Positions 54,477-64,000 of a stretch of DNA of 64,000 bases are shown piece after piece. This DNA is from Amphiscolops sp. MND2022 (taxonomy: Eukaryota): positions 44,084,001 through 44,148,000 of the forward strand of contig OZ076409.1 of assembly GCA_964187785.1 (NCBI GenBank), given 5' to 3'. Below the pieces are notes generated by a model that saw nothing but the letters and a program-made list of their open reading frames with translations, was not told the origin of the DNA and searched no databases. The stretch's first letter is position 1. Every line of letters begins with the position of its first letter. The translations under genes and the position numbers were made by a program.

Positions 54477-57400
54477 CTTCTTTCTCGATTTCCAATCCAA
54501 GTTCCGAATCAAATAGTGTCCGGGTCGGCGGACCAAATGTAACGGCCGCTCAAATCTTACAGCGGAATTGAGCTTTCTGCCGGTCCCTGATCCTTCCCAC
54601 TTCTTCGGCCAAAAGCAGGAACAAACTTTCTAAAGGACTGTATCTGTTCAATGAGTTCTCAACTGCTAGCGGCTTCGTGCTCCTCAACACCAGACTCTTC
54701 AGGCTAAGCAACACTTCGATCCCAATCCCTCTTTTGACTGGAAATCTGCTTCACCTCTTGTTGTCCGGAGGTCGTACGCTCAACCACAGCAACTGATCGT
54801 CCTCAACGGATTGTTTCCACCCAAGCCTCCAAAGAGGGTTGTCGTTTCAATTGAATAGCTCTTACGATGAGCTTTTAATCTCGCTACTACGATGAGCGAT
54901 AATAGAACGCTTTCCTAGATCTTAGACCTACTACGCCTAATGAAGCTATTTCAAGAGTACTTTTCTGATTGATTTGGACTCCTAAAACAGCTGATCGTTT
55001 ATTTTTTCGATCGTTGAGTAGTGCAATGCTACCCTCCCAGTCACAACCTGTCTAAACCGGAACCGGGGTAGCTACTCAACAGCTGTCAAAGACATTTAAG
55101 TTTCAAGAATATTTTAATTAGCGTTCTGAATATGGTATCAAAATTGGTCAAATTTATACTCTACTCAGCGGATGTACAGTTGATAACCTTTAAAATCACA
55201 GGATATTCAAATAACAAAGTTACATAATATCACTTTTTCCATCACGTTTTCGGACCTCTCACACCTCCAATTTGGAAATTCCTTCCAAAATTTTCCATAA
55301 AGAGGTAAATCTATCAATGAAACTGCAATATGAACGGCAATTTGACCGATAGGTTGGATAGATAACATTTGCCTCAAATCACGCCACCGTTCTCGTTCGA
55401 ATAGAATCAAAGTACAATGAACTTTGGGACAAACATTAAGCGCCATTACCAAATTGATCATTTGACTTCAACTAATCACAACAGCACAGGTTAGTTAATT
55501 ACGCTTTTAAGTTTCGAGTGTTTTACAAAGTTTTGTAACTCAAGATTTCCAGCTAATATGTTCAAGTTGGTTTCTCAATCTCTGGCGCCAACACTGTGGT
55601 TGGAGCTTTTTGAATGTTAAATATTTGACAGAAAAGGTCGAGGAAAAATTTTACGTTTCAAGTAAAGTTTCGAAAATTGCGCGACTTTTGTCCGATATCT
55701 TTTCACAATCGGTAGCTACACGTTTCAATCTGATCCAATGGGCTTTCTGGTTGAAGTAAGTTTTCGGAAAGGGTCCAAAATTCTGACTATGTTGTCGAAA
55801 ATTGGAAAAGGTCGGAAATTTTGGCATCTTTGTTGTCAAATTCGAGGAAGTTTATCCCACTTTCTTTCACAAATTGCGTTTTGAATACCCCATTGTTTCA
55901 GCGTTTAGGTCAATAGATGTTCTGTTCTACAAACTTTTGCGTGGTTTGACCAAAAATTGAGATTAAATGTGTCAAAAAACGTGCTTTTTTGTCGTTTTTT
56001 GGATTTGGGGTGTTTCTAACGCCAATTCCAACAAACGTTTGCAGTTATAACTTCAAACGCCCTCTGGATACCAGAATTTGTCTTTGCTGAATCCTTTGAA
56101 CCATTTTGTGCAAGGAATTTGCTCGAAAATCACACAGAAAAGTCCATGAAAACATTCAGTGTTTTTCGCATATTTCGGATCATGAACTTTTCAACCATGA
56201 AAGTGCAAAGTTCTCTTTGAAAAGCGAGTCGCGGGCCTAGTTATACCATCTGAAGCTTTTTGGATCTTTTATCCTACCAAAAACTTCCCTGTCTCTCTCA
56301 AAAAATTACTGGAAATGTCAGAAATCAACAAAAATAACATTTTCGACTTTTTGCGGTCTTTTTTGAGCCACTTTCCAACCGAAGTCTGCAAATATGTCCT
56401 AAGAAAAGCTTACGTGCATTTGAGTTCAGACGTTGTTGAAAGTTTTCTAACATTCTGACTCCAAAACAATTCAGAAAGTAAGAGTTGCCTATAAGAAAGC
56501 ACATAAGTTGCTTGAAAACGTGAGATGTTCAAATTTTCGACTCATTTGGAGTCATTCTGAAGTGTTTTTTTAAAGCAAAACGCTGCAACGTTCTCGTCAA
56601 AAAGGGTACTGCATAGCTTGTTCTTTCAATTTTGAACGTTTTAAAACTTCGAGCCCATGAAATGTCTGGGCTTTTTCGACAATTTCTGGGTCGATTTGAT
56701 GCCTTTTTTCTATAACACTTTTTATCTCTCGACAAAAGCATTCTGAGATAACGAATTTGTCCCTTGTTCAACAGTTTCAACATTATAATTCACAAAGTTG
56801 ATCAAAATTCCGACAAAAATTGATTTAAAGTGGTGAAAATTGAAAATTTTTGCTAAGTTTGTTTTTTTTTCAGTGTCAATCCGAGACTTATTATTTCTGC
56901 GATATTATTATGAATTTTGTATGAATCAATACAAGGAGTATCCTCCAGGAATAAATTAAATTTAATGTCCCATCATAGTGGCAGGGCATAGGAGTCAGTT
57001 TAGAAACATCGTGCACTTGACTTGGAGATATATGCTAAGGTAATTGCAAGAGCGTGAAGGGACATCATCTGAGTTGTCAAACTCTCCAAGAGTTGGAGTC
57101 ACATTCTTGGTATCGATATAAGAAATAATGCCACATGTATTGGATAATTCGAGCTTTGAGGTTAACAGCGTTGAAGAAATCTACCGCAGTTGCAATCCGA
57201 TTTGCAGTGGCTCGTGCCCTGTACCAAAAGCACTGTTCTTCTTTTCTGGTTCGTGGTTTCTCGATAATGAACCGAGTTCGCAAGCCTAGGCGCGTAGGGT
57301 AAATGCTGTTTGGCTCATTCGTAAGTGAGGAAACGAGAGTAGTTAGGGTCACAACCACCATTGATAATTTTTGAGAGCATCATGAGGTCCAGTAACTGCA

Positions 57401-60400
57401 AGTACAGTGATAGGGGTAGGAGATTTGTTGAGATAAGGCCCCTGCGACGATCATCATCGAACGTTATCCATTTAACAACTCGTCTTTATAAGGCTTCAAG
57501 TTTACGCAATGGAGTTGTTGTAGCATATTAGCATTGACTCGCGTATGTTATGATAGGAAGAATCATCGTTTTGTACAAGTTTACTTTGCCTATCATTGAC
57601 AGATTTGCAGAGTTTCCTTCAATCATGAGAAAGATTTCCGTTGCTGGGGAACATTTGTATTGTATGTGCTCATCCCATGTTAAGCTAGTGTTGATGAACA
57701 AGTCCAGGTCTTTTTAAGTGGTGACCGCTTTGACCGGGAATTTGGAAATCGATATTGCGCTAGGTGAGCTAGCAGAGATCAGAAGTTTGCATTTCATGGC
57801 ATTAAATGGCATAACGTTCCTTAGACACCACTCACTGAAATTTTCAAGATCAATTTGGAACAGTGCTATGTCCATACGGCTAATAATTTTCTCGTCATCT
57901 GCACATGCGAGGCGCAGATATCGGGAAGATCATTGATAAGTATCAGAAACAAGAGTGGCCCTAGCAGTGAGCCTTGTGGAACCCCACTAGTCATACAAAC
58001 TATTTTGGAGAAGGAATTGCCAACTTTGACAACCTGTCTTCGGTTTTGTAGATATGATTTTATTGTCATCCACAGCTTGCTTCTAACGCCGATTTGCCAC
58101 AACTTGCGAAGAATGACACCGTGGTCAACTTTGTCATAAGTTTTTTCAAAATCAGTGTTCACCACTTCCAATTCAGTACCCTGTTTAACAGATTTGTAAA
58201 GATGTTCCATGTAAACAAGTAATTGTAGTACAGCTGAGCGTCGTCTACGGAATCCATACTGGGCATTGATCAATAAGGTCGAGCAGTGATCGTATAAATC
58301 TATAAAAATGCATCTCTCAAAGGCCTTTGATGCGATTGGTAGCAGTGATACTGGTCTGTGGTTTTCTACCGCTCTTTTGTCGCCCTTCTTCCAGACTGGT
58401 GTTACAACAGCCAATTTCCAGCTGTTCCAATTTCCAGCCAATTTCCAATTTACAACTTTTCCGGGAAAGTAGAAGTTTGTTGTGTTTTAGAAAAGATTTG
58501 GTGAAGAGAGTGCGATACAGCTGATGAAGTTGCCTTCAAGAAGCATCCAGGAGTAGCGTCAATACCGGAACTTTTAGAGACATCGAGGTTCTTCAGAATG
58601 GATTGGATCCTTTCCTCAGAACAGGCAAACGAGGAAATGGTTTTGTCAGGTTTGTTGATATCTATACATGACGGATTCTAGCCAGAAGATGGGGAGAATA
58701 CAGATGAAAATACTGGGCAAAGAGGTCCGCTTTTTGGGCATCATCCGAAGCTGTTAATTCGCCATAGTATATATTTGAAGGAAATTGATTAGATCTTAAG
58801 TTTCTAAAGTGTCTGAATAAGATTTCAGAACGTCTGTTCGATAGTTGTTCCTCGTAATCAGCTCAATTCAATTGTAACGCATTATCGACTTGTGCGACAA
58901 GTTGCAACAGCTTTCCATTCCCTTCTGGCCAGAATTTCCGTTTCGTTTCAAGCTTCTTGATTAAATGAGATGTACCAGGAGTGACCCACGGAGGCAAGTT
59001 ACCACGGTGTTTTGTTCTTCTGGGCACAAATTTTTGCACCAACCCACATATCCATTTTTCCCATTCATCAACGAGGGTGTTCGGGTTAGACCAACACACT
59101 GGTCTAAGGTTCATATATCATGCACTGAAGTATTGATCCGCATAATCCGCTTTGCAAAAGCTATAGAAAGGTTTATTCTTCTCGGGAACGACACCAGTAT
59201 TGGGTTTATTGAGAGATACTGACACAGATACGGCTGAGTGATCTGTCTTCAGCTGACATACATGAACCTTCTGTTTGTTCAGGACTACGATATCACCTCT
59301 CAAAAACACAAGGTCGAGGATATTGTTACCCCGAGTCGGGAAATCAATGATATGCTCAAAATCATCAACAAATAGGTCGGTCATGACTGATTCAAGGGGT
59401 TCACTGGAATGGCAAGTGGACCATTCAACAGTCGGCAGCTTGAAGTTGCCAGCAATTATATGGGCATTGTACTTGGTAATATTTTTGGTAACTACCTCAT
59501 CATATAGAGCTTTCGCTGCTGTTGGTTTCAAGCGGTAAGCACTACCACGTGGTGGATTAGAAACCGCTGCTACAAAAATAGAAACATTTCCACCGCTGAC
59601 AGTCCCAGAAGCAAGGCAACACGTGCGTTACGAGAGGCGTAAATATAAATTTTTTGATAACGGCGATAAGAACACCTTCATGAGCAAAAGAATCAGACTT
59701 TTGATCCATGAGCAGAAGAACCAGAATCTGAGGCGATCAGATCTATGCAGTGTGTATCCATATAGGTACAATTCAGTGTCTTTGAAGTCTTCTGTTAGCC
59801 ACGCCTGTTAGAAATAGAATATCAATTGAATTCTTTGCAACGAAATCAGATATGTTTCTGCGTCGGTTCTCATCTATTAGGCTTCCGACATTTAGAAGGA
59901 GGATATTCATTTCGTCCGACTGGACATTTTTGGATGCGTAGCCTGTGAATGCCTGAGTCATAATTCTTTCGAAGGAAGTTCCTTCTGTTTATTCTGTCTC
60001 CTGAAGACTACCCATCTGTCGTTAGGGGAAGATAAGGAATCATTTCGTCTCCTGCATTCAGCTCGAAGGTCGAATAGCTCTTTCGCTTCAACTGGTGTAT
60101 AGTCAGGATCAATGTAAACTCTGTCATAGCTTGTGCCCTTGAGTTTTTGAGAGGCCCTAAGTAGTTCTGCTCTGTTCTTGGTCGTTTCCAATGTCACAAC
60201 GAGGTGCTTCGGCTGTTGAGATGTATTGTCGTTTATCTGAGTATTTGCTTTGCTTTTTCGCGGTTCTTTGAGTCCCGCTTGTGGTTTTCTGTCAATGCGG
60301 GTCATTGACTTGAACTTAGGGGTCACGCCAAGTTGGCGACATACATCCTTGAATGCTTCATCATCATTCTCTGTTTCCTCAAGACCCCGGAGGCGAATGT

Positions 60401-60423
60401 TGAGCGACCGCTTTTCTCTTTCT

Positions 60424-61070
60424 TTTTAGTCGGCTCTTCATGAAGTGAAACGCGACTATTACAGTGACTTTTTTTTCTATCCACACGAACTGACCAAAAT
60501 AGTTCTTAAAAGTTCTACAAAATATTATGGTGTCAAATAGCACCATTTGGCCTAGCGAACTGGACCAAAATGGTTTTACCTGTTTTTCCGCGTAACATAT
60601 CATACCGGGCGAGACCAAAGAGTCCCCCCTTTCAATTTTTTTCGGCACTGCGAGACATTTTTTTCGGATTTTTTTTCGAAATTTTTTTTCCTCAAAGGGT
60701 CCCCCCTGCATTTTTTCTGATGTTTTGCGACAGAATGGATGTTGGAAAATCCCAAAGGGTTCCTCCTTTCAGTTCTTTTCGGCATTGTGAGATTTTATCC
60801 CGAAAATAAAAAAAATTTTTCTTCAATTTTTTCACGTTTTGCGACAGAATGGATGTTGAAAAACCTCAAAGGGTCCCCCCTTTCAGTTTTTCGGCATTGA
60901 GACGTTAGGCGCGCCACTCGGTCCATTTTTTTAGTATGTAATTTTTTCAAAAAAAAATTCGAAAAATTTTCAATTTTCGACTACTGTAAACGAATACTTG
61001 ACACTTGGAAGTCTTTTTGCTATTTTTGAGCCTTGGATATGGCGCCGACTTGGGCCGGTCCCGGCTTGTT
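60424..61070 (+). mobile_element. Helentron/DINE-1-like element inserted in LINE #2 ORF1
   Basis: TTTTAGTCGGC start, GCGCCGACTTGGGCCGGTCCCGGCTTGTT end, inserted in a T run; ORF1 sequence continues on both sides. Confidence 0.85.
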
Positions 61071-61600
61071 CCTCCTTTTCACAGCACTGAGAACTTTTTG
61101 TTTTGCTTCTGATTGTCTGATGTCAACGTAAATTGGCTTTGCATCATTTACTTTTGACACCATAGCATAACTTTGGGACAAGTCTTGCGTTGAATTTGGT
61201 GCTTTGAGTTCTTTGATTGACTCGCGTATTTTCCTTCTGAAAGCTTCTAACGTATTCCCGACGTAAGACGTGGTTGCGTCTTGTTGAGTGGCCTCGCGAA
61301 GTTGTGTAATTTCCTGAGGCATATCGTCTATTTGTCAGGGAAATTTGCTTGTGCGTTTTGAGGTCCTGAATGGCTGATTTTAGCAGGAGTTGAAGGTTGG
61401 CATTTGTTGCAGAAGCGGAGTTCATCCATGCCTCTCCTACTGAAGTAGGTTTCTACAATAATTCCATAAGCGAAGGGCAATACCCTTTTTTGTTCGACAT
61501 TTTCTCAGAGTGAGAGTAAAGACGCTCACGCTCTTGCATTGTATCACCCATACTCAATGCTCTCCAGAGGCAACACAAGTAATGACCTTTGCAGCAGATC

Positions 61601-61757
61601 AAAAACAAAAAGGCACACGATTCGTGATACCGATGATCTGGAAAAGACTATGGGCTAAGGAATACACAGTAGCTGAATAATTCCAGGTAAGAATACTCCA
61701 GACAAAAACAAAAAGGCACACGATTCGTGATACCTATGGTCTGGAAAAGACTATGGG
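61601..61757. repeat. Two ~54-bp direct repeats 103 bp apart in the LINE #2 5' region
   Basis: aaaaacaaaaaggcacacgattcgtgatac..tctggaaaagactatggg occurs twice. Confidence 0.85.
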
Positions 61758-62021
61758 TTTCTTGAAACCCAATTTAGGCACAGTCTCTTGTCGGTCTTCG
61801 GGCAAACTTGCTCATCCACTTTCTGCCTCTCTCTAAAATCCCTGACGGACTACCCAAACTGAAGTCTTTGGATGAGAGGCAACCAACACCAACAACAAAC
61901 AGTAGCTGTTTAATAAGATACATGTAGTAGGAATATTATTGAAACCTCAAAATGTAAGCCTTTTCCCAGTAAAATTCTTGTGATCCTGAAAAATTCTGAT
62001 ATTTTGTTCGGCAGTGAGTAT

Positions 62022-62257
62022 AAGCGCGAGATTTAAATTTCTGAAGCTGCCGACGACAATTCGTTTCTCGTGCGATGAAACGAGCGAGTGGTAATTATGC
62101 ATTCGTCGCTGACGCCATAGAGTTGAAGCGAGCGAATGTTCGCAATTATGCTTTCGTACGTCGATTTATTGAGATGAAGCGAATGCGTGTTAAATATTCG
62201 TTCGCCGAGAGCTTCGCCTGCATTCAAATGCGAATGCGAAACTTCGTCTACGCTTAG
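62022..62257. mobile_element. Possible short MITE rich in GCGAA/TTCGC
   Basis: Imperfect ends TAAGCG..CGCTTA; repeated gcgaat/attcg motifs. Confidence 0.35.
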
Positions 62258-63021
62258 CTATATTTCCTTTAGTCCGAGATTTAGAGGCAAAATAAACTGG
62301 TATAGTGGTTACTCGTGCGCTAAATAATAATTAAACAGGAGTGTAATGGTATTCCTGATATGATTCTTTTATTAATTAAAGATTGAAGCAGAAATAATAG
62401 TGTGCCCCGAAGGGCCTATTTTCCATTTGGAAAAGTAGCATAGCATTTAGCTCTTCACTGAACCTACTGGACAAGGAACTCTTCCCTTGTTGACCCTTTT
62501 CAACGTTCCAATCCACGAATTCTGTCGAAAATTTGATAAAACTTGCATAATATCTTTGAAAGTTGAAAGTGTTGTCATTTCCGGTGTCATTTTGAGATAT
62601 TTTTCTTTTTAAAAACCGACATCATCTCTTCGAGAAAGTACTGGACAACAAGGTTTTACCTTGTTGAACGTTTTGAACCTTGTATTTCACGATATTGGGA
62701 TTTTGTTGAGCACAATTTGCGAAGCTCAAATTTTTTTGAATCTTGATTGTCTATCTTATTCGGCTAGCCAATTAATTTCAAGATTCTGAAAAGGACACTG
62801 ATTTTGGAAAACAATTTGGAATGTAGTTTTGTAAATTTGAGCTTTTGTACTATACTGCAATGAAGCAGACGTTGAACCAAATCTTTGGTTACCCAAGTGT
62901 TTGACCTTGTGATCTTTGAGAGTCTTGCACTGAGGGTCTCAGCGGCTGTTTTGAGTTTTTTGTTGTTCCAGAATAATAGGCAAGAAAACTAGTTTCTGCC
63001 ATTTTCTACCATGATTTATAT

Positions 63022-63526
63022 CAGGGGTTTTCAAAAATTAATTGATGAAAAATTAATTGCAATTAATTGAGTAAATAATTGATTTGAAAGCCCCAATTAA
63101 TTAAAAAGCGGATTTACTCAATAGCAATTAATTGCAATAATTGGCCAATTTTTGACTACCTAAAATAAGACTAAAAAACGCAAGAAAACCGGCAAGAGCA
63201 GCCTCTATATATCTCCCAACTTCATTTTACCAACTTCTGATATGGTAGAACGATTTTTCAGCAATGCCGGATTTGCTTTTTCTGATTTTCGCCAAGCATT
63301 ACTGCCAATAAACTTGGAAATGCAACTCTTTTTAAAGGTTAATCACCGATTTTGGGACGATCATACTGTCGATACTGTGAAAAACTCAGTAAATATCAAT
63401 GCCGAACAATTGACCAATTAATTGCAATTAATTGGTTTTAAGCCAATTATATTGGTATTAATTTTTGATTTAACAATTAACTGAAATTTAATTTTTTGTT
63501 TGAAAATTAATTTTTCAAAACCCCTG
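63022..63526. mobile_element. hAT-type MITE
   Basis: TIR CAGGGGTTTT(C/G)AAAAATTAATT and an 8-bp TSD ATTTATAT (63014-21, 63527-34). Confidence 0.9.
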
Positions 63527-64000
63527 ATTTATATGAGATTGAATTTCAGCTGGAAATGGGCTGAATTATAAAGTTGGAATAAAACGAACAGGCAGAATGA
63601 CAGGCAGAAATTTTTATAGTTTTTCTCATACCTTTTCCTACAAAAGTAATGTGTGGTTATTCGTTTGGTCTTTCATCTGAAAGGATACCAAGTTAATTTT
63701 TGTCGGTATAATGGAAGTGCAAGTTCCGTCATAGCATCATTGAAACTAAGCATGATTTGTATTCTACAGAGATGTTTGCTGAACGCTGAATTTCGGTAAG
63801 CCAATGTCTAATATCCAATTATTTTAACCTGACGTCATATTGCATCATACTGGAGAACTATTTGATTGGTCTCCGAGGTTTACGTCATGCTGACAAATGT
63901 AAAAATATGGTAGCACCTTCATGCAACTATTTTTCAGATTAGAATAGCAATCGGAACGTCGTGTTGATTCGCTCTTTTTTCGTGTAAAAAATGTCTAATT

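Larger units (their letters stand above)
48674..55593 (-). mobile_element. BEL/Pao LTR retrotransposon #2, complete insertion with internal deletion
   Basis: 1056-bp LTRs 48674-49729 and 54538-55593 (two differences noticed by eye), TSD CTGTG (48669-73, 55594-98), PBS 54519-54535, purine-rich tract before the 3' LTR. Confidence 0.97.
56880..61900 (-). mobile_element. CR1/L2-group LINE #2, decayed
   Basis: ORF1 pieces (EKRSLNIRLRGL, VYIDPDYT), endonuclease (MNILLLNV, RGNNILDLV, TDH), RT (RPVSLL, QYGFR, GVPQGSLLGP). Many frameshifts; ends approximate. Confidence 0.85.

Overview
Transposon-rich animal genomic window (GT-AG introns, fused PAPS synthase, BEL/Pao elements); the species cannot be determined from the sequence. 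Host genes: a BRAT1-like gene (4 exons, ends in DCY), intronless CHMP6/VPS20, a 9-exon PAPSS and a possible small orphan 2-exon gene. Mobile DNA: two BEL/Pao LTR elements (one with near-identical LTRs and a TSD but an internal gag-protease deletion); a decayed LTR-element relic with a TARG1-type macrodomain and an F-type envelope; a decayed CRE-like LINE; two CR1/L2-group LINEs; Helentron/DINE-1-like elements; MULE, Tc1 and hAT MITEs; a CORE-like SINE. A 2.93 kb tandem duplication joins the BRAT1 5' end in frame to LINE reverse transcriptase. The most striking feature is a 683 bp three-LTR TRIM at 16455-17137 (minus strand, 4-bp TSD). Each of its 167-bp LTRs carries an 81-nt tRNA-like Pol III cassette whose 3' end plus CCA is exactly complementary to the element's own primer-binding site, so it appears to encode its own RT primer. 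All calls come from manual reading; no searches or folding programs were run.
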